This document shows positions 8,005 to 16,769 of a DNA stretch of 64,000 bases, in pieces. The DNA comes from an uncultured Spirochaetota bacterium (GTDB lineage: Bacteria > Spirochaetota > Spirochaetia > SZUA-6 > Fen-1364): assembly GCA_963845535.1 (NCBI GenBank), contig CAWJSK010000023.1:32001-96000 (forward strand). Direction: 5' to 3'. Position numbers and translations under genes: made by a program. The stretch's first letter is position 1. Each line of letters opens with the position of its first letter. The notes beneath the pieces were generated by a model. The model worked only from the letters and a program-made list of their open reading frames with translations, did not search any database and was not told the origin of the DNA.

Positions 8005-10482
8005 CTAGTCAAGGAGCGGATTTCCCTTGCCGCCGGTGGCGGGCGTGTTCACGTCCGGTGTCGGCGAGTCGACGGGGGCAATGGTTGTGTCACCTCCCCC
8101 CATGCTGGAATTGATGAGGGATTTGCGAAGGTTCTGCTCTATTGTATCCGCGCGGTTTGCGTTGTATTCGTCGATTTCGTCGAAGGTCTTCGGCTCGGTG
8201 CCCGCCAGGAAGATCTCCTTGATGGTCTTCTTGGTATACGCGGTGGGCAGCAGCCCGGAGGTAGCGCTCACCTCGACGCTCACGAGCCCCGTCTCGGGCC
8301 GGTCGAACAACTTCAGGGGGAGGTTCTTATGCACCTCTTTCATGTACTTCGCCCAGGTGGGACCGGCAATGGCGGCGCCGGTCATCTCTGTTCCCAGTGA
8401 CCTGTTGCCCTGGTCAAATCCGTACCAGACCGCCGTGGTCATGTAGGGGGAATAGCCCACGGTCCACGCGTCCGACCAGTTCTGTGTGGTGCCTGTCTTG
8501 CCAGCAAAGGGCTGGCCTTTGTCGCTCCAGATGTCAAGCATGTTCCCCACGCCGCCGAGAGTCCCCTCCTTGATGGTGCTCTGGAGCATGCTCGTCATGA
8601 TGTATGCCGTCTGGGGGCTCATGATCTGCGCGGCGTCCCCCTTGCGGCTCTCCTGCCCCATGACCTCCTTGGCAGGCTCCAGGATGATCTTGCCGTTCCT
8701 GTCTTCGATGTAACGGATTGCCACGGGCACCACTTCACGGCCGTTGTTCGCGAAAACGGAGAATGCCCTGGCCATCTGCAGCGGGGAGACGGTGATGACG
8801 CCCAGCCCCAGCGGATAATAGCGGGGGAAGGTTTTCTCGATCTCCGCCGGATCCGTGATCCCCAGCATGCGGCTGGCCCGTTGGATGGCTGCGTCGAACC
8901 CAATTCCGTCCAGGATCTTCAGGGACGGCACGTTCATGGATTCTGCAAGGGCGTCCCGCATGAGGACGCGCCCGTGCCACTCCCCCTTGTAGTTGAGCGG
9001 CTCATACAGCGTGCCGTCAGGATTGTTGAACACCACGGGGGCGTCGAGGATCATGGTGGCCGGGGTGAACTTGCGTGAGTCGATTGCCGCGGAGTAGTAC
9101 AGCGGCTTGAAGGCGGAGCCCGGTTCGACCTTGGCCATGGTTGCCCGGTTGAACTGGTCCACGCCGAACTCCTTGCCCCCCACCATGGCGAGGATGTACC
9201 CGTTGCTGGGGTCGATGCTGATGAGGGCCCCCTGGACCTGCGTGCGCCGCGTCACGTTGAGGTCCGCCGCGTTGCCGGCGGAGACGATTGCCTGCGGCCG
9301 GTCCATGGAGAACATGGACGTGGCGAGCTCCACCGCGGGGTTGATGTTCTTGGCGTACTGCCGCTTCGTGTTTCCCGTGGCGTTCCTGTTGCGGTACATC
9401 AGGTCATCGATGTTGTACCCCAGGCCGAGCATGTCGATCATGGGAAGGAACTGGGCGTTGGAGAAGTTGATGCGGCTGTTGGCGAGGGCGAGGTAGCGGT
9501 TGTTGACGTCCTCGATGTCCTTCTTCATGCGCTCTTCCGCCACCGCCTGGTAGTCGAGGTTCAGCGTGGTGTGGACCACGAGGCCGTCGGTGAGGATGTC
9601 ATAGGAGCCGAACAGCAGCTCGTCGAGCTGGTTGCGGATGTATTCACTGAACCAGGGCGCCTTGTCCTCCCGTTCGAAGTAGGCCGTGGAATTTGGGCGC
9701 GTGTAGTCATATGTCGACCAATAGTCATTGAAGGAGGAGTCCGCATCCTGCTTCGTCACGTATCCCAGGCCCACCATCTGGTCCAACACGAGCCGCTGCA
9801 GCCTCTGCGCGCGCTGCGGGTTCTTGATGGGAGAGTAGAGGCCGGGCTTGGCGAGCTGGATGACGAGCATCACGGATTCCGCCAGCGTATCCTCCTGGAC
9901 GGGATGCTTGAAAAAGAACTTGCTCGCGGCTTGCACGCCCTGCGTGTTGTGCCCGAAAGGCATCTCGTTGAGGTACATCTGGAGGATTTCCTGTTTCGTG
10001 TACCTGCGCTCCATCTGGATTGCCCACCACAGCTCCACGAGCTTGCGCCGGATGGAGATGTCCGACCTGTCCGCGTAGAGACGCCCCGCGAGCTGTTGCG
10101 TCAGCGTGCTTGCCCCCGAGACGTAGCGGCCCGTGGCAATGTTGAACAACGCGCGCAGGAGGCCGCGAAAACTGAACCCGTGATGGGAAAAAAAGTTGCG
10201 GTCTTCCCGCGTGAGCAAGGCGTCAACGAGATGCTGCGGGACCTGGTCTATGGTGATCAGCTCCCGGTTCTGGTCTCCGAAGAACTCCGTGATCTCCCGG
10301 TCATGGATGTCGAGGATCCGGGTGGGAAGCGCCGGCTTATGGTCGCCGAACTGCTCTTTCATCGAGATGTTCCTGGTGGCCGCCAGCGCAAGACCGAGGG
10401 ACACTCCGATGAGCAGCGCAACGGCAAATGCGACCATCAACAATATTTCGAAGAGGGACCTTTTTCGGAGTATCTGACGCAC
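8005..10482 (-). CDS. Class A penicillin-binding protein (PBP1A family)
   Basis: Transglycosylase EDRNFFSHHG, GASTLTQQL, RKLVE; transpeptidase SAFK, SMN, KTGT. Confidence 0.96.
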   Translation of the reverse strand: MRQILRKRSLFEILLMVAFAVALLIGVSLGLALAATRNISMKEQFGDHKPALPTRILDIHDREITEFFGDQNRELITIDQVPQHLVDALLTREDRNFFSHHGFSFRGLLRALFNIATGRYVSGASTLTQQLAGRLYADRSDISIRRKLVELWWAIQMERRYTKQEILQMYLNEMPFGHNTQGVQAASKFFFKHPVQEDTLAESVMLVIQLAKPGLYSPIKNPQRAQRLQRLVLDQMVGLGYVTKQDADSSFNDYWSTYDYTRPNSTAYFEREDKAPWFSEYIRNQLDELLFGSYDILTDGLVVHTTLNLDYQAVAEERMKKDIEDVNNRYLALANSRINFSNAQFLPMIDMLGLGYNIDDLMYRNRNATGNTKRQYAKNINPAVELATSMFSMDRPQAIVSAGNAADLNVTRRTQVQGALISIDPSNGYILAMVGGKEFGVDQFNRATMAKVEPGSAFKPLYYSAAIDSRKFTPATMILDAPVVFNNPDGTLYEPLNYKGEWHGRVLMRDALAESMNVPSLKILDGIGFDAAIQRASRMLGITDPAEIEKTFPRYYPLGLGVITVSPLQMARAFSVFANNGREVVPVAIRYIEDRNGKIILEPAKEVMGQESRKGDAAQIMSPQTAYIMTSMLQSTIKEGTLGGVGNMLDIWSDKGQPFAGKTGTTQNWSDAWTVGYSPYMTTAVWYGFDQGNRSLGTEMTGAAIAGPTWAKYMKEVHKNLPLKLFDRPETGLVSVEVSATSGLLPTAYTKKTIKEIFLAGTEPKTFDEIDEYNANRADTIEQNLRKSLINSSMGGGDTTIAPVDSPTPDVNTPATGGKGNPLLD

Positions 10483-10488
10483 GCGAAA

Positions 10489-10517
10489 AGGATATGAGCC
10501 GGCGGTGCCTTTGTCAA
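10489..10517 (-). promoter_or_regulatory. sigma70 promoter TTGACA-N17-TATCCT; leaderless PBP1A transcript
   Basis: -35 at 10517-10512, -10 at 10494-10489, GTG only 6 nt downstream, no SD. Confidence 0.7.
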
Positions 10518-10591
10518 CGGAGGAGGACCGAGCGAGTCACGACCAAGCGGAGCGGGACCGAGCTGCCGGCCGCCACTGTTTTCAGCGACGC

Positions 10592-10625
10592 AAAAAAAGA
10601 GGCCGACCCCCGAAGGAGCCGGCCT
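10592..10625 (-). terminator. Rho-independent terminator
   Basis: AGGCCGGCUCC-UUCG-GGGGUCGGCCU 11-bp stem with cUUCGg tetraloop, then C and U7. Confidence 0.92.
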
Positions 10626-10689
10626 GCCTGGTGTGGTGCCTTCCAATATAGTAAACTGGGAGGGGAACTATATCTTGGACACCAACACC
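10592..10689 (-). ncRNA. Candidate small RNA (~100 nt): long hairpin with C-rich loop plus terminator
   Basis: Hairpin GGUGUUGGUGUCCAAGAUAUAGU / UCCCCUCCCAGUUU loop / ACUAUAUUGGAAGGCACCACACC (10689-10630) directly before terminator; upstream TAAAGTTT...GACGATAA. Confidence 0.55.
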
Positions 10690-10693
10690 TTTA

Positions 10694-10722
10694 TTATCGT
10701 CCCCATACCTCCGCAAACTTTA
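10694..10722 (-). promoter_or_regulatory. sigma28 (FliA)-like promoter TAAAGTTT-N13-GACGATAA
   Basis: Exact match to the E. coli sigma28 -35 octamer, 7/8 match to GCCGATAA; spacer 2 nt longer than E. coli consensus; overlaps M23 gene stop codon. Confidence 0.4.
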
Positions 10723-11637
10723 ATATTTTCTCACCGCCAAAAGCGGAAAAGGATCAGTAACGCTCCCTTTCCTTATCACCTCGAAGTGGAGGTGAGGGCC
10801 TGTTGCCCGGCCCGTGTGACCCACGGCGCCGATAACCTCTCCAGCATTTACCCTCTGCTTCATAGTAACACCAATCATCGACAGGTGTCCATAGAGGGTC
10901 TGGTAGGCTCCCGGATGATCCAGGACAACAAAATTGCCGAACGTCTCGTTGTGACCGATCTCTGAGACCACTCCATCCCGCGCCGCATGCACCTCCGTGC
11001 CGTCCGGGGCGCCAATGTCTATGCCGGTGTGGAACTCAGGCCTTCCCGTGAAAGGGTCCTTGCGAGGACCGAACAGGGACGTGATCCTGCCCCGGGCAAT
11101 CGGGAACTCGAAAAGGATTCCGAGGAAATATGCGCGCTCGATCGGGGTGAACTGCTCTCCCGCAAAGAAGAGGACGGCGGAGGTACGATCCTGGCGCGTA
11201 ACGATGAGCTTCTGCGGCTTCCTGCCGGCGGCCAGGAGCGTCGACAACATCATGTCCTCGAGCGCGGATCGGGGAGGGTCGTTCACGAACAGGCCCGCCT
11301 GGCTCGAGATAAGGATTTTGCGGCGTTCCGTGAATGCTTCCGTGCTGCCGGCTCCATTGAGGGTGGCCAGCGTGTCATAGGGAAGCCCGAGGCGCGCGTT
11401 CAAGGAAAAAAGGTCCTCGCCCTTGCGGAGGTGGTACTCGAAAATGCTGAGCGGCGGCAGGACGCCGGGCTCACGCGCCCTGGCAATGCGGTAGTAGTCC
11501 TCCAGCTCCGACTGGTGTTGAACGAACAAAGGGTCATCCGAGCTCAGCACCCGGATCAGGGGATAGTCCGAGGCCGCGGCGTGTGAGGCCGCAAAGAGGA
11601 ACAGGAGGAACGTCGTGACGGCAAGGCTTCGCTTCAC
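10720..11637 (-). CDS. LysM-like/M23 family metallopeptidase
   Basis: Start moved to GTG 11637 (GTGA overlap, signal peptide); HTGID and GPHLHFE M23 motifs. Confidence 0.9.
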   Translation of the reverse strand: MKRSLAVTTFLLFLFAASHAAASDYPLIRVLSSDDPLFVQHQSELEDYYRIARAREPGVLPPLSIFEYHLRKGEDLFSLNARLGLPYDTLATLNGAGSTEAFTERRKILISSQAGLFVNDPPRSALEDMMLSTLLAAGRKPQKLIVTRQDRTSAVLFFAGEQFTPIERAYFLGILFEFPIARGRITSLFGPRKDPFTGRPEFHTGIDIGAPDGTEVHAARDGVVSEIGHNETFGNFVVLDHPGAYQTLYGHLSMIGVTMKQRVNAGEVIGAVGHTGRATGPHLHFEVIRKGSVTDPFPLLAVRKY

Positions 11638-12104
11638 TCTTTCCTGATTTTCGGCAGGATTACCGCGCCCCTGGATGCCTTTGCGCCCCTGCGGGCCAGG
11701 CCCAGAAGCACCAGGAGGCCGAAGCAGACTATCAGGAGGGGCACCGCGAAGATCCACATTCCGCGGTAGAAGAGCGCTATTGCCAGGTAAAGCCCGCAGA
11801 GGAGGATGACGGCTTGCAAGACGCCAAGCACTCCGGACAGCGCCGAGCGCCGCGGGCCGCCTGTGTCCCGGGGGGCATTTCTCCCCTTGAGGATGGACGG
11901 TATGATCGCGAAAATTATCCCGCACGCGGCAAGGATGAGGGCGAAAGCCGTGTACGCCGTGCGCGCGGAGGTGGCGAAGTACCACAGCGGCCAGGCAATC
12001 ACCAACCCCGCGGCGGCGCTCCCCGCCACCAGGAGGGCGAGGAAGCCGATCTTGCGGGCCGCCTCCCCCCATGCGCGGAGGACGAACCCAAGCTCCCGCT
12101 TCAC
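11634..12104 (-). CDS. Hypothetical membrane protein (about 4 TM)
   Basis: Four hydrophobic segments; translationally coupled on both sides. Confidence 0.75.
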   Translation of the reverse strand: MKRELGFVLRAWGEAARKIGFLALLVAGSAAAGLVIAWPLWYFATSARTAYTAFALILAACGIIFAIIPSILKGRNAPRDTGGPRRSALSGVLGVLQAVILLCGLYLAIALFYRGMWIFAVPLLIVCFGLLVLLGLARRGAKASRGAVILPKIRKE

Positions 12105-13036
12105 GGCGCGCCGGCCTTCACAAGGGCCTGCTGGTAGCCTTGCGCTTCCTCATTCCTTCCCAGGCTCTGGGCCATCGAGACGAGCTGGGTCAGGCTCTTT
12201 TTCATGCCGTCCTTGTCACCCAGGGAGGTGAAGACGCTGTACGCGCGCTGGTAATAGTCATACGCTGCCGCCGTGTCGCCCTTTTTTGCGGCGATCAACG
12301 CCATGGCATAGAGGTCCTTCGCGATGCCGGGCGAGTTCTCGATCTTCTTGTCGATGGCGAGGGCCTGCTCTATGTTGCTCGAGGCCGCCGCGAAGTCCCC
12401 CTGCTTGGAGTGGACCGAGGCGATCATGTAATAGTCGGCGGCGGCCGGTTCCAGGAGCTTGTTTATGAGATTGTTCTGCAAAGCCTTGGAGAACCAGTCC
12501 AGCGCTTTCGCCATGTCCCCGGAAGCCTTCCAGGCGGCGCCGATGTCATGGTACAGGACGCCCGTTTGCATGGGGGTCAGTTTCACCTGCTGGGCGGAGA
12601 CCGCCTCCTGCAGGATGCCGAGTGACTTCTGCGGGTCCTCTTCCCGCAGGTACAGCTCGCCCAGGCTGATCGATGCATTGATGAAAAGCGGCGCGCTGCG
12701 CGCGCGCGCCTGCTCTCTGGCCGAGGTCAGCATGTCCTGCGCGGCCTGCAGCCGGTCCGTTGCGAGGTACACCTGGCCAATGGCGATGCGCGACCTGATG
12801 ACACCTTCTACGTTGTCCACCGAGCCGTTGGCATCCAGCGCCTGGGTGAAGAACTGGAGGGCCAGATCATAGCGACCCTGGCTGAAGTACTGCTGTCCCG
12901 ACACTTCCGCGTCCGCTGCCTGGTTCTTGACGTTCGTCGTGGTGTCACTCTTCGCCGGGGCGGACGAGCAGCTCGCGGCAAACACGGCGACCAGGCCGAT
13001 GAGAAGAAGCTGCGCGGCAGGGGATTTCGCTTTCAT
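12101..13036 (-). CDS. TPR lipoprotein
   Basis: Lipobox-like FAASC; TPR-like helical repeats. Confidence 0.85.
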   Translation of the reverse strand: MKAKSPAAQLLLIGLVAVFAASCSSAPAKSDTTTNVKNQAADAEVSGQQYFSQGRYDLALQFFTQALDANGSVDNVEGVIRSRIAIGQVYLATDRLQAAQDMLTSAREQARARSAPLFINASISLGELYLREEDPQKSLGILQEAVSAQQVKLTPMQTGVLYHDIGAAWKASGDMAKALDWFSKALQNNLINKLLEPAAADYYMIASVHSKQGDFAAASSNIEQALAIDKKIENSPGIAKDLYAMALIAAKKGDTAAAYDYYQRAYSVFTSLGDKDGMKKSLTQLVSMAQSLGRNEEAQGYQQALVKAGAP

Positions 13037-14166
13037 CAGAAGTCCTCGTCCCGGTAGCTTTGCAGCGTGTCGGGAGGCTGCGGCTTCGGAGGTATGCCGC
13101 CTCTCAGAAGCGGGTTGTTCTTTGCCGCCTCCAGGACGTCATTGCCCTTGTCGAGGGCGCTCGTGCCTTTTTCCAGGACGGTCGAGATCTGGGGCCGCGT
13201 GCTGTTGATGAACTCCATGAAGCTCCTGAGCTGGGCAATTGTCTCATCAGCGTTCTTGATGGAATCCTCCACCTGGTTGTAGAGCTGGTTCTGGTCATTG
13301 AGGAACGTGTCAATGGAGCCCTTGGGATCAAGCAGGCGTTTGGCGAGCCCCTGCGTGTTTTTCAAGTCCCCGGTCATGTCCTTGATGTTCTGGGAGATTT
13401 CGTCGAGGTTCGTGGACAGGTCCCCAATCACTCCTCGGGTCTTGACGGTGATGTCCTGGAGGTTGTCTGAAATCACCGTCACCTTGTCCAGCAACGTGTT
13501 GACGCGGCTCGACATTCCGTCAACCGCGTTGTTGACCTTCCCCGGGGTTGCCGCGAGGCTGTCCATCATCTCCCCCATGGGCCCGCCCCCCCGCCCGCTC
13601 ATGGCCGTGTCCAGCGTGCCGGTCATGTGGTGAATGTCTGCGATGGTCGCGCGGGTCTCATCAAGGATTGGGTTGAGCTTCGCAATGACGGAGCCGATCA
13701 CGTCCTCCCCCTTGGGGATGGTGACCAGCCCCCTGTCCACGAGCTTCTGACCTTCCTCCGAATCCAGGGACGGAATGTACGACATCTCGGGAAGAGGCGG
13801 TCCCTTGTCATTGCCGGGATGGAACTTCAGCGAAACTCCGAGCCCGATGGGGCTGGTGGCGAGCTCGAGAACCGAGTACCGGTGGACCCGGTCGTAATAG
13901 GTGTCCTGGATGGAGAACTGCGCGTCCACTTCGTTCTGCGGGTTCAGCTTGATACGGGAAATCCGCCCGACCTCGAACCCTTTCAACATGATGGGCATGC
14001 CGACCGCGAGGCCGTCAGCGGAGGAGAACCTGCTGATGAACGTGTAGTTGCGCGCGAACCATCTCTGGTTCACCCCAATGACCACGAGGATGACTCCCAC
14101 GCCGATGATGGCAAGAAGCACGAAAACGCCGACCACCTGTTCCGCGAACCGGATCCTGAGCTTCAT
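13036..14166 (-). CDS. MlaD/MCE family protein
   Basis: Start ATG 14166 (MKLRIRF); TM anchor, MCE motif ADGLAVGMPIMLKGFEVGRI, long helical C-terminus. Confidence 0.9.
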   Translation of the reverse strand: MKLRIRFAEQVVGVFVLLAIIGVGVILVVIGVNQRWFARNYTFISRFSSADGLAVGMPIMLKGFEVGRISRIKLNPQNEVDAQFSIQDTYYDRVHRYSVLELATSPIGLGVSLKFHPGNDKGPPLPEMSYIPSLDSEEGQKLVDRGLVTIPKGEDVIGSVIAKLNPILDETRATIADIHHMTGTLDTAMSGRGGGPMGEMMDSLAATPGKVNNAVDGMSSRVNTLLDKVTVISDNLQDITVKTRGVIGDLSTNLDEISQNIKDMTGDLKNTQGLAKRLLDPKGSIDTFLNDQNQLYNQVEDSIKNADETIAQLRSFMEFINSTRPQISTVLEKGTSALDKGNDVLEAAKNNPLLRGGIPPKPQPPDTLQSYRDEDF

Positions 14167-14197
14167 GGTGTCCCCCTCACGGCGTCCCTGGACTTCC

Positions 14198-15022
14198 TCA
14201 CTTTGGCCCGTCCTTGTCTTCCGCGTCGAGAAGCTCGAGCAGGTCGGTGTCATACGAGGCGATCTCTCCGAGGACCTCCGCAAGGATTTCCCGGGTGCGT
14301 TCATCTCGGCTGCGCTTCACGGAATCGAAATCACCGGTCTCACGGATCACCCCGGCGTCCAGGATGATCAGCTTGTCGGCGAGGGTCGAGGTGAGCCGGG
14401 GGTCATGGGTGACCGCGAGGATTGCGCACCCCCGGGCTTTCACGTCGGCAATCATCTGGCTGACTTTTCCTTCCATGGTGTGGTCGATGGAGAGCGTGGG
14501 CTCGTCCATGAACAGGATGGCGGGCTCCGTGATGAGCGCCCGCAGGACGGAGGCGATTTTCTTCTCTCCCCCGGAGAGCCCCGCCGGACGGATGCCGGCG
14601 CTCTCCTCGAGTCCGGCGCGCTCGAGAGCCCTGACCACCCGGCGTTGGACCTCCGCCGGAGGAAGCTCGGGGAAATGAACCTGGAGGGGGAGCGCGAGGT
14701 TCTCCATCAGGGTCTTGTTTTCCCACAGCGCCCCATCCTGGAAGATGAATCCGCTTGCCTTGCGGAGCTCCCGCATTCCCGCTTCGGACATCTGCAGCAT
14801 GTCCTTTCCCCGGAAGAACACTTTCCCGGAATCCGGCGGGATCAGACCGGCAACGGTTTTCAAGAGCGTGCTCTTGCCGCTGCCCGAAGGCCCCATGATC
14901 ACCGTGCTCATCCCGGCGAGGAAGGAAAGATTCACGTCCCGCAAGATGTCGCGTCCGCCGAGGCGAACCGTGACGTCCCGGAGGTTGATCAACGTAGCTG
15001 CTGCGTCGGCCGTCTGGTCCAT
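14198..15022 (-). CDS. MlaF-like ABC ATP-binding protein
   Basis: GPSGSGKST, LSGGE, MDEP, VTHD; start ATG 15022. Confidence 0.9.
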   Translation of the reverse strand: MDQTADAAATLINLRDVTVRLGGRDILRDVNLSFLAGMSTVIMGPSGSGKSTLLKTVAGLIPPDSGKVFFRGKDMLQMSEAGMRELRKASGFIFQDGALWENKTLMENLALPLQVHFPELPPAEVQRRVVRALERAGLEESAGIRPAGLSGGEKKIASVLRALITEPAILFMDEPTLSIDHTMEGKVSQMIADVKARGCAILAVTHDPRLTSTLADKLIILDAGVIRETGDFDSVKRSRDERTREILAEVLGEIASYDTDLLELLDAEDKDGPK

Positions 15023-15036
15023 CAGGTCGCCTTCAC

Positions 15037-15813
15037 TTACACGTACGAGATGAGAGTTATCAAGGCATTCGCGAGAAAACACAGGACAAAGCCCTGCCCG
15101 ACCGCCTTGATGGCGGCGCGCGGGATTTCCGTGACCGAGGAGCCCACCTTGAAGCCTTGAAACGTCGCGACGACGGAGGCGATGACCCCGAAAACGAAGG
15201 ACTTCACGATCGTGGAAACCAGGTCCTTGGGCTGCAGGGCCTGCAGGAGCGCGCGGAAGTATTCCACCACAGGCACGGGCTTGATGAGCTGGGAGACGAG
15301 GTAGGAGCCGAACAGCCCGAAGAAGTTGAAGTAGATCGTCAGGGCCATCATGGAGATGGTAACGCCAAGGACGCGCGGGACGACGAGGTAGGAGATGGGG
15401 CTGATCCCCACGGACACGTACGCCTCCACCTCGTGAGAGACCACCATGTTGCCCAGCTCGGTGGCAATTGCGGTCCCGGATCGGGCAATGATGATGAACG
15501 CGGTGAGGATGGGTCCCAGCTCCCGGGTGATCACCACGATGAGGATCGAATACATGAGGCTGGTCTGCCCGAAGCGGGGCAGGATGGTCCCCCCTTCGAC
15601 AATGATGACCGCCCCAATGGAAAGGGCGACGAGGGAGACGATGCTCAGGGCCTCGACCCCGGTGAACAGGATCTGCAGGACGAGCACACGAAAGGCCACC
15701 TGGCGGCGGCGCATAAAAAGCGCCGTCTCCCTGAGCACGAGAAAAAAAAAGCCCAGCGCGTAGGAATAATCCCGCGCTTTCCGACCAGCCCATCTCCCCA
15801 GAGCCTCGACCAT
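15037..15813 (-). CDS. MlaE-like ABC permease
   Basis: RELGPILTA, RSGTAIATELGNM, YLVVPR motifs; start ATG 15813. Confidence 0.92.
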   Translation of the reverse strand: MVEALGRWAGRKARDYSYALGFFFLVLRETALFMRRRQVAFRVLVLQILFTGVEALSIVSLVALSIGAVIIVEGGTILPRFGQTSLMYSILIVVITRELGPILTAFIIIARSGTAIATELGNMVVSHEVEAYVSVGISPISYLVVPRVLGVTISMMALTIYFNFFGLFGSYLVSQLIKPVPVVEYFRALLQALQPKDLVSTIVKSFVFGVIASVVATFQGFKVGSSVTEIPRAAIKAVGQGFVLCFLANALITLISYV

Positions 15814-15821
15814 CGGCTCGG

Positions 15822-15850
15822 AGTATAGTTCAGCCGGGCAGCCGTTGCAA
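15822..15850 (-). promoter_or_regulatory. sigma70 promoter TTGCAA-N17-TATACT; leaderless mlaE
   Basis: -10 ends 8 nt before ATG 15813; no SD. Confidence 0.65.
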
Positions 15851-16733
15851 TGGAAGAGAGTCAAGGAGCTCGTCCGGAACCCCGCGCCCCGCGGTGGCGT
15901 TCCCCAGTTTCCTCTGCGGCATGTGCTCGCCATGGAAGTCCAGAGCCACCGGTCACCAGGAGTCCGAGCCCGGCGGCAAGCCGCCGGAACTGGCGGGATT
16001 CCGAAAGCTGATGGTTGGGGTGCCAGACCTCCAGGCCGTCGACCCCCTGGTCCTTGCAGGAAGAGAGGAATTGGCGCAGCGCCGGCCCTTTCAAGCCCAG
16101 GGAGACGGGGTGGGCCACGACCGCAATGCCTCCGGCGGAGTGAATGAGCGCGGCGGCTTCCCGAAGGGCAAGGCACGCTCGCGGCTCGTAGTATGCCTGG
16201 CCTTTCCCAATGAGCCGGGAAAAAGCGGCGTCAATCGAGTTGACGATCTTCTTGCGAACGAAAAGTTTGGCGAAATGAGCCCGACTTATGATTTTCCCGC
16301 CCGCCATCTCGTTCAGCTCTTCCATGGACACGGGAATGCCGTCCCTTTGGAGCTTCTCCACCATGCGGACATTTCTTGCGTGTCGCGCTTCCCGAAGCCG
16401 CACGAGCGCCGCTTCCAGCGCTTCCCGGCGCTCCGAGAGCCCGAGGCCCAGGAGGTGGAACTCGCCGTTCGACTGCGCAGGCTGCGCCCCGGGCCGCGCC
16501 TTTGCCTCGGCCCGCGGCCCCACCTCCGCGTCGCGGTCTATCTCGATCTCGACACCGGCAAAGAAACGGAGGCCTGAGCCGGCGGATCGTGCGCGCGCCG
16601 CGGCGACTCCGTCGAGCGTGTCATGGTCGGTGAGCGCCAACGCCGAAAGCCCGGCCTCCAGCGCGAGGTCGATGAGCCTTTCCGGCGTGCAGGAGCCGTC
16701 GGACGCCGTGGAGTGCGTGTGGAGGTCGATCAT
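15830..16733 (-). CDS. PHP-family phosphoesterase (one-base frameshift near 15941, probable assembly error)
   Basis: DLHTHSTASDG, LTDHD, AHP motifs; TGGS-DFHG motif split across frames; shifted frame ends at TGA 15832-15830. Confidence 0.85.
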
Positions 16734-16769
16734 TTGACATGAATATAACCTATCGCATACTCTCGATCC

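Noticed and set aside
10592..10689. Identity as SRP RNA, tRNA, 6S RNA or riboswitch
   Set aside because: No SRP helix-8 motif, no cloverleaf, too short for 6S; PBP1A has its own promoter downstream, so attenuation is not needed
10668..10706. 12-codon ORF MGTIIKVLVSKI (-) after GGAGGT, as a leader peptide or type I toxin
   Set aside because: The SD abuts the ATG with no spacing, and the ORF overlaps the putative promoter and hairpin; the RNA interpretation fits better
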